Shown one piece after another: positions 51,999 to 60,574 of a DNA stretch of 64,000 nucleotides. Position numbers and translations under genes: made by a program. Source of the DNA: Lachnospiraceae bacterium (lineage in GTDB: Bacteria; Bacillota; Clostridia; Lachnospirales; Lachnospiraceae); NCBI GenBank assembly GCA_024696005.1, contig JAILHF010000035.1:28440-92439 (forward strand), given 5' to 3'. The notes beneath the pieces were generated by a model. It was given only the letters and a program-made list of their open reading frames with translations, ran no database searches and was not told the origin of the DNA. Positions within the stretch are counted from its first letter, which is position 1, and each line of letters opens with the position of its first letter.

Positions 51999-53174
51999 AT
52001 GGACAGCACAAATGTTATCCGACTTACAATCGACGATAGCAGTAATATGACTCTGCTCTCGAACTCTTTTATCGATCATTACATGAAGGATGCCAATGAC
52101 GCACAGATCAAACTATATCTGTACCTTCTGCGCACGGTAAACTCCGGGCGCAAGGCAGATCTGTCCGTATTGAGCGACTTTCTGAACTATACCGAGAAGG
52201 ACATCCTGCGCGCACTCCGCTACTGGGAGCGCCGCGGCGTTCTCGCCCTCAGCTACCGCCGGACCAGGATGGTCTCCGGTGACGATTTCTGCGGCGATGA
52301 ACTGGAAGGGATACGCCTGATCCCGCTCAGCACGCCCCAGGCGCAGCCTGCCGTGCACGCGGAAGTCTCCGCCCCTGTCACAGAGGGCCCTGCAAGACTG
52401 CAGCGCATTCCCGCAGAGGAAACGCCTGCGGAGAACCCGCGGCAGGCAGCCGTACGTGCCGTGCCTCAGCTCCCCGATCCGGAGCAGGTACGCGAGGCCT
52501 ACAGCCTGGACGAGCTCCGCGCCTTCAAGAATTCACCGGAGACCTCGTGGCTCATCACAGCGGCCCAGCAGTACCTCGGCCGTCCGCTGAACCCTTCGCA
52601 GATGCGCAGTCTCCTGTTCTTTTCCGATGCCCTGCACATGGACGGAAAACTGATCGACTATCTGCTGCAGTACTGCATCGGAAGCGGAAACGACAGCTTC
52701 CGTTATATCGAAGCAACCGCCCTGGCCTGGGCCGAACAGGGGATCAGCGATGTGGATGCCGCCCGCAAGCAGAACAGCAGCACTCCCGACCGGGAAACGC
52801 GCCGCATCATGAAGCTTCTGGGACGCAGCGGCAATCCCGCTCCCACGGAGCAGCGCCTGATCCGCCGCTGGCTGGTTAGCTACGCCCTTCCCATGGAGGT
52901 GATCGAGGAAGCCTGCAACCGCGCCGTGCTGGCCGTGGACGCAAACCGCTTCCCTTATACCGAAACGATCCTCCGGCAGTGGCACGAAAAAGGCGTCCGC
53001 AGTCTGGAGGATGTAAAAGCCGCCGACGAAGCTTTCCGGCAGAGCCACGCACAGCCCGCTCCCAAACGCGTTGCCGCCTCCGCTCCCAGACAGGGAAGCA
53101 GCAATTTCAACAACATTGAACAGCAGGATTACGATTTTGAAGAACTCAGCAAAAAGCTGATCAACAACCACTAA
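51999..53174 (+). CDS. replication initiation/membrane attachment protein with two DnaD-type (DDBH2) domains (Firmicute DnaB/DnaD-like)
   Basis: MDSTNVIRLTIDDSSNMTLLSNSFIDHYMKDANDAQIKLYLYLL (winged-helix N-terminus). The two repeats are ...FRYIEATALAWAEQGISDVDAARKQ and ...YTETILRQWHEKGVRSLEDVKAADEAF. Confidence 0.8.
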   Translation: MDSTNVIRLTIDDSSNMTLLSNSFIDHYMKDANDAQIKLYLYLLRTVNSGRKADLSVLSDFLNYTEKDILRALRYWERRGVLALSYRRTRMVSGDDFCGDELEGIRLIPLSTPQAQPAVHAEVSAPVTEGPARLQRIPAEETPAENPRQAAVRAVPQLPDPEQVREAYSLDELRAFKNSPETSWLITAAQQYLGRPLNPSQMRSLLFFSDALHMDGKLIDYLLQYCIGSGNDSFRYIEATALAWAEQGISDVDAARKQNSSTPDRETRRIMKLLGRSGNPAPTEQRLIRRWLVSYALPMEVIEEACNRAVLAVDANRFPYTETILRQWHEKGVRSLEDVKAADEAFRQSHAQPAPKRVAASAPRQGSSNFNNIEQQDYDFEELSKKLINNH

Positions 53175-53184
53175 GGATCTTGGC

Positions 53185-54177
53185 ATGCCGCTGACAAACG
53201 AGGAATACGCAAAAATCCAACATATCTATGAAGAACGCCGGCGTGCCGACGAGTACGCTCTTGCGGAGCGTTTAAAGGAGATCCGCGAGCGCATCCCTGC
53301 CTACCGCGAAACGGAGGAGAGCATCATCGACGCCTCCGTATCCTGCAGCCGCAGCCTGATCGGCATATCGGACGAAGGGAAACGTGCGGCGAAACTGAAG
53401 GAACTTCACGAGACCCTGGATGGCCTCAGCAAACAGAAGGCAGAACTGCTGGCACAGTACGGTTATCCGGCCGACTATGCCTCGCTTCACTGGCAATGCG
53501 AAAAATGCCGGGACAGCGGTTTTGTAAACGGAGAAAAATGCAGCTGCTTCAAACAGCTGGAGATCGACCTCCTCTACGATCACTCCAATCTGCGCGTGAT
53601 CCTGGAACAGAACAATTTCTCACTGCTATCCTATGATTACTATACCGGCGAGCATCTGCGTCATTTCGAGGAAGCTGTAAGGGAATGCCGTTCCTTTATT
53701 GAAGATTTCGATTCCGAATACCGCAATCTGCTGTTCTACGGCACGGTCGGGACCGGAAAATCCTTTTTATCCGCCTGTGTTGCAAAAGAACTACTTGACA
53801 CGGGCCATTCTATCATTTATTTTAGTGCACAGCAGTTGTTCCAGACTATCTCGGGAAGCTATTATGACAAGGACAAATCGGAGCTCAACAGCCTCTACGG
53901 GCATCTGTACGAGTCCGATCTCCTCATCATCGACGATCTGGGCACCGAAATGGTCAACGAATTCACAAGGACGCAGCTGTTTAACATTATCAACGAACGC
54001 GCTCTCAGAGAGCACTCCACAGTCATTTCGACCAATCTGGAACTGCAGCAGATCCGGGAATTATACTCCGACCGGCTCTTTTCACGACTGGCCGACCACT
54101 GTCGGATCTGTCACATGACCGGAAAGGATATCCGGCTCCAGAAAAAACTGGAAGCAGAATATAAGAAACCATTGTAA
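53185..54177 (+). CDS. helicase loader, DnaI/DnaC-type AAA+
   Basis: 330 aa. The N-terminal Zn site is CEKCRDSGF...CSCF, Walker A is YGTVGTGKSF and Walker B is LLIIDDLGTE. Confidence 0.85.
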   Translation: MPLTNEEYAKIQHIYEERRRADEYALAERLKEIRERIPAYRETEESIIDASVSCSRSLIGISDEGKRAAKLKELHETLDGLSKQKAELLAQYGYPADYASLHWQCEKCRDSGFVNGEKCSCFKQLEIDLLYDHSNLRVILEQNNFSLLSYDYYTGEHLRHFEEAVRECRSFIEDFDSEYRNLLFYGTVGTGKSFLSACVAKELLDTGHSIIYFSAQQLFQTISGSYYDKDKSELNSLYGHLYESDLLIIDDLGTEMVNEFTRTQLFNIINERALREHSTVISTNLELQQIRELYSDRLFSRLADHCRICHMTGKDIRLQKKLEAEYKKPL

Positions 54178-54206
54178 TCCAATCGGAAGAAAGAGAGGTC
54201 ATCAAC

Positions 54207-55403
54207 ATGGCTCCGCAAAAGGACGAGCTCCGCAATCTGGACACCATCCCCGTAGGTTCTCTCGGGATCATCCCTCTGGAGGGATGCCGGCATCTGGGGG
54301 AAAAAGTTGACCATTATCTGGTCAAATGGCGTACCGAACGTGAGAATGAGCACGCAGACACCCTGGCCTTTTCCGGCTACAAGAGGGACAGTTACATCGT
54401 AGAAACCAAAGTCCCCCGTTTCGGATCCGGCGAAGCAAAGGGCATACTGCTGCAATCCGTCCGCGGCCACGACCTTTACCTCATGGTGGATGTGTGCAAT
54501 CACAGCCTGACCTATTCCCACTTCGGAGAGATCACACACATGTCTCCGGACGATCACTACCAGGACCTGAAGCGCATCATCGCCGCTCTGGGCGGCAAGG
54601 CAAGGCGCATCACCGTGATCATGCCTTTCCTTTATGAAAGCCGCCAGCACAAGCGCAGCACCCGGGAATCCCTGGACTGTGCCATTGCTTTGCAGGAGCT
54701 GGTCAACATGGGCGTTGAGAACATCATCACCTTTGATGCTCATGACCCCCGCGTGCAGAACGCCATCCCGCTGAGCGGTTTCGAGACCGTTCAGCCGGCC
54801 TACCAGTTCATCAAGGCGCTTTGCAAAAACATTCTGGATCTTCAGATCGATGCAAGTCACATGATGGTCATCAGCCCCGATGAGGGCGGCATGAGCCGTG
54901 CGATCTACATGGCAAACGTCCTCGGACTGGATGTAGGCATGTTCTACAAGCGCCGTGACTACACACGCATCGTGAACGGCCGCAACCCCATCGTAGCCCA
55001 CGAATTCCTGGGCTCGGATGTGGAAGGCAAGGACATGATCATCGTCGATGACATGATCGCTTCCGGCGAAAGCATGATCGAGGTGGCGCGCGAGCTCAAG
55101 AAGCGCAAAGCCAACCGCATCTTCTGCTTTACCACCTTCGGCCTGTTCTCCAGCGGTCTGGACGCTTTCGACAAAGCTTATGAAGAGGGACTCTTCAACA
55201 AGGTGCTGACCACCAACCTGGTCTACCAGTCTCCGGAGCTTCTGTCGCGCGGCTGGTATATCAGCTGTGACATGAGCAAGTACATTGCATACATCATCGA
55301 TACGCTGAACCACGATACTTCCATCAGCGATCTTCTCGATCCGAGCGAAAGGATCCAGAACCTGATAACAAGATACAAGAAGGAGCAGGCCGGGAACACC
55401 TGA
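54207..55403 (+). CDS. prs: ribose-phosphate pyrophosphokinase (long form)
   Basis: 398 aa, ...VIMPFLYESRQHKR...ITFDAHDPRVQN...ISPDEGGMSRA...MIIVDDMIASGESM. Confidence 0.85.
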   Translation: MAPQKDELRNLDTIPVGSLGIIPLEGCRHLGEKVDHYLVKWRTERENEHADTLAFSGYKRDSYIVETKVPRFGSGEAKGILLQSVRGHDLYLMVDVCNHSLTYSHFGEITHMSPDDHYQDLKRIIAALGGKARRITVIMPFLYESRQHKRSTRESLDCAIALQELVNMGVENIITFDAHDPRVQNAIPLSGFETVQPAYQFIKALCKNILDLQIDASHMMVISPDEGGMSRAIYMANVLGLDVGMFYKRRDYTRIVNGRNPIVAHEFLGSDVEGKDMIIVDDMIASGESMIEVARELKKRKANRIFCFTTFGLFSSGLDAFDKAYEEGLFNKVLTTNLVYQSPELLSRGWYISCDMSKYIAYIIDTLNHDTSISDLLDPSERIQNLITRYKKEQAGNT

Positions 55404-55415
55404 TAAAAAATTTCC

Positions 55416-55457
55416 CTGTGAGTTCGAAACCATCCTCACATTAAACAAAACTAAGGA
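55416..55457 (+). promoter_or_regulatory. preQ1-I riboswitch
   Basis: CUGUGAG-UUCGAAACCAUC-CUCACA-UUAAACAAAACUAAGG. This has the same architecture as the B. subtilis queC element AGAGG-UUCUAGCUACAC-CCUCU-AUAAAAAACUAAGG (from memory). The 3' AAGG is the SD of queT. Confidence 0.8.
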
Positions 55458-55465
55458 GAATCAAA

Positions 55466-55978
55466 ATGAACAAAAAGATCCGTTTTCTTGTACAGGGGGC
55501 ACTCATCGCCGCCCTGTACGTGGTGATGACCTATGTTGCCAATCTCTTCGGTCTGGCAAGCGGGGTCATTCAGGTGCGCATTTCCGAAGCACTCACCGTA
55601 CTCCCCTTCTTTACGCCGGCGGCGATCCCGGGCCTGTTCGTGGGATGCCTGCTGTCCAATCTTCTGACCGGCTGCGCCCCCTGGGACGTGGTATTCGGAA
55701 GCCTGGCCACTTTGCTCGGCGCCCTGGGGACCTATGCCATTGCCCACAGCGGCAAAGGCTCCAAGCTCATCAAAAAATGGGCAGCACCACTGCCGCCCAT
55801 TCTTGCCAACACTCTGATCATTCCCTGGGTACTCCGTTTCGTCTATGCCGCTCCGGACAGCATCCCTTTTCTGATGCTCACGGTAGGCGCCGGAGAGGTC
55901 ATATCCTGCGGATTCCTGGGACTGATCCTGCTCTTTGCCCTGGAACCCCGGGCCGGGCACATCTTCCGAAACGCTTAA
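55466..55978 (+). CDS. queT: queuosine-precursor transporter QueT (ECF S-component-like)
   Basis: 170 aa with 5 TMs, MNKKIRFLVQGALIAALYVVMTYV...RISEALTVLPFF. A preQ1 riboswitch lies immediately upstream. Confidence 0.85.
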   Translation: MNKKIRFLVQGALIAALYVVMTYVANLFGLASGVIQVRISEALTVLPFFTPAAIPGLFVGCLLSNLLTGCAPWDVVFGSLATLLGALGTYAIAHSGKGSKLIKKWAAPLPPILANTLIIPWVLRFVYAAPDSIPFLMLTVGAGEVISCGFLGLILLFALEPRAGHIFRNA

Positions 55979-56904
55979 TCCCAGAGTTTTTCCGGGTATA
56001 CCCCCTGCTCCTTCAGGCGGGCTATGGATTCCATCACGAAGGGCTTGTCCTCACGGTAGGTGACACCAAACCACTTATCCGTTGAGGAAAGTATCTTCAC
56101 GGAAGCCCTGCCTTCCCGGATCATGCGTCCCACCTCGATGGGGATGAAGCACTCGCTCTTCAGCGGGTTCTTTTCCACTTCTTCCCGGAAAAAGCGCGAC
56201 ACCGACTCTTCCAGTTCGTCAAAGATCCCGGGCTGGAATCCCCACATGTTCATGGATACCAGCGTGTCCACGGAGATATCGTTCCAGCTTGCGCCGTCAT
56301 CCTGCGTATAGCGCGCCCCATCAGCCGTCTTTTCGATCTTGGTCAGTTCCTCGATATGGGTAAGGAAGTGCTTTTCATCCATGCGGCAGCATCCTCTGGC
56401 CACGCTTCCGTGCTCGGTCAGGGTATTCTTCAGCTGATAGCCCACCATGCAGAAGGGCAGCAGGCCTTCCGCCGCAGCCTCCGGCTTCTCCAGAAACTCC
56501 ACGAGGGAACGGTAGGCGCTCACGCCGTAGTAGTCATCGGAATTGATCACGGCAAAGGGCTCCTTCACCACGTCCTTGCAGCAGAGGATCGCGTGGGCGG
56601 TCCCCCAGGGCTTCACACGGCCTTCCGGGATCGTTGCTCCCGCCGGGATCTTATCCAGTTCCTGAAAAACATATTCCACTTCGGTCTTTCTGGCAACCGC
56701 ATCGCCGACCAGTTCCCGAAAATCCTTCTCGATCTCTTTCTTTATGATGAAGACCACCTTGCCGAAACCGGCGCGAAGTGCGTCATACATCGAGAAATCA
56801 ATGATCTTGTGGCCGGCCCCGTCGATGGGATCCATCTGCTTCAGGCCACCGTAACGGCTTCCCATGCCTGCTGCCAGCAATACCAGTGTCGGTTTTGTAC
56901 TCAT
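55975..56904 (-). CDS. sugar-phosphate nucleotidyltransferase family protein
   Basis: MSTKPTLVLLAAGMGSRYGGLKQMDPI (G-rich NTP loop). SD GGAAAGGAAGG precedes ATG 56904. Confidence 0.7.
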   Translation of the reverse strand: MSTKPTLVLLAAGMGSRYGGLKQMDPIDGAGHKIIDFSMYDALRAGFGKVVFIIKKEIEKDFRELVGDAVARKTEVEYVFQELDKIPAGATIPEGRVKPWGTAHAILCCKDVVKEPFAVINSDDYYGVSAYRSLVEFLEKPEAAAEGLLPFCMVGYQLKNTLTEHGSVARGCCRMDEKHFLTHIEELTKIEKTADGARYTQDDGASWNDISVDTLVSMNMWGFQPGIFDELEESVSRFFREEVEKNPLKSECFIPIEVGRMIREGRASVKILSSTDKWFGVTYREDKPFVMESIARLKEQGVYPEKLWD

Positions 56905-56946
56905 AGCATACCTTCCTTTCCGTTTAAACAAAAGTCGCCCGCGGCG

Positions 56947-57939
56947 CTATTCTTCTTCCCTATCATAACAGACTTCCGGCGCTTCTTCAACCGCGTGACT
57001 CAGCAAAAAATCATGCCACAGGTCGTAGTGGTTCGCCTTCAGGTGCACATGATCAAAGGTGAAATCCGCGGGAAGACAGCCGTCCTCATCGTCATACACC
57101 TCGTTCACGTCGATATAAACGCAGCCAAGCTCTTCGCTCAGCTCCCGAAGCGCTTCGTTGCGCTCGTTCAGATAGGCGTTCTTGAACACCTTGTCCCTGC
57201 GGTCCAGGACCGAGCTCACATGCATGATGGCCTGCACATAGATGATCGCATCCGGCTGCAGTTCACGGATCTCCTCGAGCACCTCCCGGTATTTTGCGAT
57301 GAAATAATCCACATCCCCGACACCCACTTCGTTGATGCCGCTCATGATGTAGACCTTTGCGTACTGTTCTTTCTTCAGCCCGTCCCGCACGCTGCTCACC
57401 GACTTGTCGGTTTCCGGCTTTGTTTCCATCATCTTGAAGATGTTCATCGAGGTCCTGGCCAGGAAATGCGCGTTCTGCATGCCCGCGTACTCGCGGACAC
57501 CGACCATGCGGGAGTCCCCGATAAAGACAGCATCATCAAAGTAGCTCTGGTCCACCGTGACAAAGCGGGGCTTCTCCTCCACAGGCTCAGGTTCCGGCTC
57601 TGGCTCGGGTTCCGGTTCCGGCAACGGCGTGGGTTCCGCTTCCGGCTCTGCCGCAGGCTCTTCCCCGGGCCCTGCCGCATCCTCCGAAACTGCCGGCTCT
57701 TCCTCCTCGCCTTCTTCTTCGGGCTCATCCGCCGCATCCATCGCAAGATAGAGATCGGATTCCTCTGCGTTCCAGGGGAAGATCCCTTCCCGCATCGACA
57801 AAAGCGCCGTGACGATCCCCGAGGCCGCCTCTGTTCCCTCCGGCGGGGCATAGTAGCCCTGCTTTTCCATGTAAAGGCCGTAAAGCTCCAATGCAAGGCT
57901 CAGGGCCACGATCAGGATAAATGTCAGATTCTTCTTCAT
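56947..57939 (-). CDS. secreted or membrane-anchored SGNH/GDSL-type hydrolase (acyl-transfer partner of the MBOAT)
   Basis: An N-terminal TM KKNLTFILIVALSLALELYGL is followed by an acidic Pro/Glu linker, then FIGDSRMVG (block I Ser). The C-terminus carries DHVHL (Asp-x-x-His). Confidence 0.7.
   Translation of the reverse strand: MKKNLTFILIVALSLALELYGLYMEKQGYYAPPEGTEAASGIVTALLSMREGIFPWNAEESDLYLAMDAADEPEEEGEEEEPAVSEDAAGPGEEPAAEPEAEPTPLPEPEPEPEPEPEPVEEKPRFVTVDQSYFDDAVFIGDSRMVGVREYAGMQNAHFLARTSMNIFKMMETKPETDKSVSSVRDGLKKEQYAKVYIMSGINEVGVGDVDYFIAKYREVLEEIRELQPDAIIYVQAIMHVSSVLDRRDKVFKNAYLNERNEALRELSEELGCVYIDVNEVYDDEDGCLPADFTFDHVHLKANHYDLWHDFLLSHAVEEAPEVCYDREEE
57584..57650 (-). repeat. (Pro-Glu)n low-complexity coding repeat
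   Basis: ggttccgg/ggctc units encode EPEAEPTPLPEPEPEPEPEPEP. Confidence 0.7.
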
Positions 57940-57947
57940 CTTTCCTC

Positions 57948-59387
57948 TCAAAAACGGTAATACAGGAACGGGTTATCCAGCCCCTGCGCCAAAAAGTACA
58001 CCGACAGGAAAAAGATCAGCAGGCATGCGATCACGCCCACGGGTCCCTTCAGCCGCCGGAACAGAAAACGTTTCACCGGCGGAATGCAAAAGAGCAGCGC
58101 CGATGCAAAACTCAGAAGATAAGTCTCCCCGTAGCGCAGAAAATCGCTCGGGTTGACGTTGGAATCGTAATTCGCGGGCAGGAAAGGAAAGAGCCGGGTA
58201 AAGTAGATCCCGAGCTGCTGCATGTCCGTAACGGCAAATATCGTCCAGGACAGCGGGATCACCAGCAGCATGTAGGGAACGGAAAGGAAGCGCAGCTTCT
58301 CCAGGCAGCGCCCCCAAAAAAGCCTCTCCAGCGTCAGAAGCACGAAGAACAGGAGCCCCCAGATCACGAAATTCCACTCCGCCCCGTGCCAGAGGCCGGT
58401 CAAAAGCCAAACGACCAGCAGATTCCGGACCGTACGCAGTTTCCCCTTCCTGTTGCCCCCGAGAGGGATATAGACATACTCCCGGAACCAGCGCCCCAGG
58501 GTGATATGCCAGCGGCGCCAGAACTCCGAGGCGCTTCTGCTCACATAGGGATCGCGGAAGTTTTCCGGCAGCGAAAAGCCCAGCATACGGCCCAGTCCGA
58601 TGGCCATCATGGAATATCCGTAAAAGTCGAAATAGATCTGGAAGGAATAGGCCCAGCTTCCCATCCAGGCCAGCGGTGCTGAGATACTCTCGTAGCCGAT
58701 GCGCCCCAGATCCGTCCACAATACGCCGATGCGGTTCGCGATCAGGACCTTGGCGCCCAGGCCCAGAACGAAGAGCTTCACGCCCTCCGCCACATCCTCC
58801 GCCGAAACCTGCCTGTCCGAGATCGCATCACGCACCTCTCCCCAGTTCACGATGGGCCCCGCGATCAGCTGCGGAAAAGCGGAGATATAGGTCGCCACCT
58901 TCAGCGGACTGCGCTCCGCGGGATGAACCCGTCGGTATACGTCCGTCACATAGGAGATCATCTGAAAGGTATAAAAACTGATCCCTATGGGGTTTTCCAG
59001 ATAGATCTCCGGAATGAGCGGAAGATCCGCCGAATGGAGCAGCAGATTGATGTTGTGCATCACAAAACCGGTGTATTTGAAGACAAAGAGCATCCCGAGA
59101 TCAAAGATCACCGCGATCAGAAAATACCGCTTTCTCCTGCGTCTGCCGTTCGGTCCCTCTTTCCTCTCCGCGGCGATGGCCATGGTCATGCGGTAGTTCA
59201 CCGCGATCGAGACCAGCATCAGCAGCACGTAGCGCGGTTCTCCCCAGGCATAAAAAAACAGACTGCCCAGAGTCAGTACTGCGTTCTTCACATCCGTGCT
59301 CCATCGTTTCCCCTGGGGGATCAGAAAATAGAGCAGCAGAAAAACAGGCAAAAAGCGATATATAAACGTAAGGCTCGAAAAAACCAT
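57948..59387 (-). CDS. MBOAT-family membrane O-acyltransferase (AlgI/DltB-like)
   Basis: 479 aa, polytopic, ...SASEFWRRWHITLGRWFREYVYIPLGGNR...LLTGLWHGAEWNF (catalytic His region). Confidence 0.9.
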   Translation of the reverse strand: MVFSSLTFIYRFLPVFLLLYFLIPQGKRWSTDVKNAVLTLGSLFFYAWGEPRYVLLMLVSIAVNYRMTMAIAAERKEGPNGRRRRKRYFLIAVIFDLGMLFVFKYTGFVMHNINLLLHSADLPLIPEIYLENPIGISFYTFQMISYVTDVYRRVHPAERSPLKVATYISAFPQLIAGPIVNWGEVRDAISDRQVSAEDVAEGVKLFVLGLGAKVLIANRIGVLWTDLGRIGYESISAPLAWMGSWAYSFQIYFDFYGYSMMAIGLGRMLGFSLPENFRDPYVSRSASEFWRRWHITLGRWFREYVYIPLGGNRKGKLRTVRNLLVVWLLTGLWHGAEWNFVIWGLLFFVLLTLERLFWGRCLEKLRFLSVPYMLLVIPLSWTIFAVTDMQQLGIYFTRLFPFLPANYDSNVNPSDFLRYGETYLLSFASALLFCIPPVKRFLFRRLKGPVGVIACLLIFFLSVYFLAQGLDNPFLYYRF

Positions 59388-59406
59388 AAATTGTACTCTT
59401 TTCTAC

Positions 59407-59436
59407 TTGACGTAGTATTCAATACTATGTTATATT
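59407..59436 (+). promoter_or_regulatory. sigma-A promoter with an embedded 15-bp perfect palindrome
   Basis: TTGACG (59407-59412), a 17-nt spacer, then TTATAT. The spacer begins with TAGTATT-C-AATACTA (59413-59427). Confidence 0.55.
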
Positions 59437-59540
59437 GTCTTTGCAATTTGAAAGCTGTTTCATCCATGCAACATAATAACACAAATCGAAGGTAATTTAT
59501 TATGGAAAACAAAAAAATTTTCAATTTCGGAGCTAACGAT

Positions 59541-60455
59541 ATGAGTTATGAGATCCTTACCGATTCTTCCAGCAATCTGACACAGGATCTGTTGGACAAA
59601 TACCGGATCCGCATGATCAGCTACACCAGCACCGTGGACGGCGAAGAGTTCGTCTGCTTCTCCCCGACCAGGGACAACGAGGCCGCAGGCAAGCGTTTCT
59701 ATGACGCTATGCGCTCCGGTTCGGACGTGCGCACCACGCTGATCAACATGGACCGTTTTGCCGGCTTTTTCGAGCCCATCCTCAAAGAAGGGCGCGATAT
59801 CCTCTTTGTCTGCATGTCCGGCGGTCTTTCCGGCACCATCCAGGCTGCCCGCATCGCCGCTGAGGACCTGCTGGAGAACTATCCCGGGCGGAAGATCATC
59901 TGTGTCGACTCGCTCTCCGCTTCTCTGGGTGAGGGACTGATGGTCATGAAGCTTTCCCGCCTGCGCGCTGCAGGCGCCACTCTCGAGGAAGCTGCGGCCT
60001 ATTATGAGCGCAACAAACTGAAGATGAACCACATCTTCACGGTCGGAGACCTGAAATATCTGAAGAAGGGCGGCCGCATCTCCGCAGCGGAAGCGGTGAT
60101 CGGCAACCTTCTTTCCATCAAGCCGATCCTCAAAGCCAACGACGACGGCTGCATCGTCATTCACGACAAGGTCCGTACCCGCCGCAGGGCACTGGATTAC
60201 CTGACCGAGATGACCAAGGCCAGGATCAGCCGCCCCGCCTTCCAGACCATCGGCATCGCCCACTGCGACGCCCCCATGGAGGCCGATTACATCGCGAACC
60301 GCCTGCGCAGGGAACTGCCTGTCCAGGACGTGATCGTACGCTACTATGACCTTTGCACGGGCTCCCACGTCGGCCCCGGCACCATCGCCATCTTTTTCCT
60401 GGGAGAAGACCGTATGGGTTCCGCCCCGGAAAAGCTGAAGAAAGCCATCAGCTGA
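59541..60455 (+). CDS. DegV-family fatty-acid-binding protein
   Basis: MSYEILTDSSSNLTQDLLDKYRIRMISY...CMSGGLSGT...GGRIS. An alternative upstream ATG is at 59502. Confidence 0.9.
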   Translation: MSYEILTDSSSNLTQDLLDKYRIRMISYTSTVDGEEFVCFSPTRDNEAAGKRFYDAMRSGSDVRTTLINMDRFAGFFEPILKEGRDILFVCMSGGLSGTIQAARIAAEDLLENYPGRKIICVDSLSASLGEGLMVMKLSRLRAAGATLEEAAAYYERNKLKMNHIFTVGDLKYLKKGGRISAAEAVIGNLLSIKPILKANDDGCIVIHDKVRTRRRALDYLTEMTKARISRPAFQTIGIAHCDAPMEADYIANRLRRELPVQDVIVRYYDLCTGSHVGPGTIAIFFLGEDRMGSAPEKLKKAIS

Positions 60456-60503
60456 CCTGAGCCGCGTTACCCCCAAAACGCTGATGCCCATAAACCGTAT
60501 GCC

Positions 60504-60540
60504 AAAAAACCCCCGGCCAACGCCGGGGGTTTTGCTTTTT
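60504..60540. terminator. bidirectional intrinsic terminator
   Basis: AAAAAA-CCCCCGGC-caa-CGCCGGGGG-UUUUGCUUUUU lies between the convergent degV and PolC-fragment genes. Confidence 0.85.
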
Positions 60541-60574
60541 CCTTATTTTGCAGCGCCTGTCCGTCAGCGCCTTT

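Noticed and set aside
50073-52000. Possibility that the glgC(-)/murC(+) divergence plus the DnaA boxes marks the chromosomal origin (oriC)
   Set aside because: No dnaA, dnaN or rpmH gene and no AT-rich unwinding element next to the boxes are present. Only ~4 boxes occur. The plus-strand gene block is just 5.7 kb long before minus-strand genes resume, so there is no sustained strand-bias switch. Regulation of the loader operon is the simpler reading.
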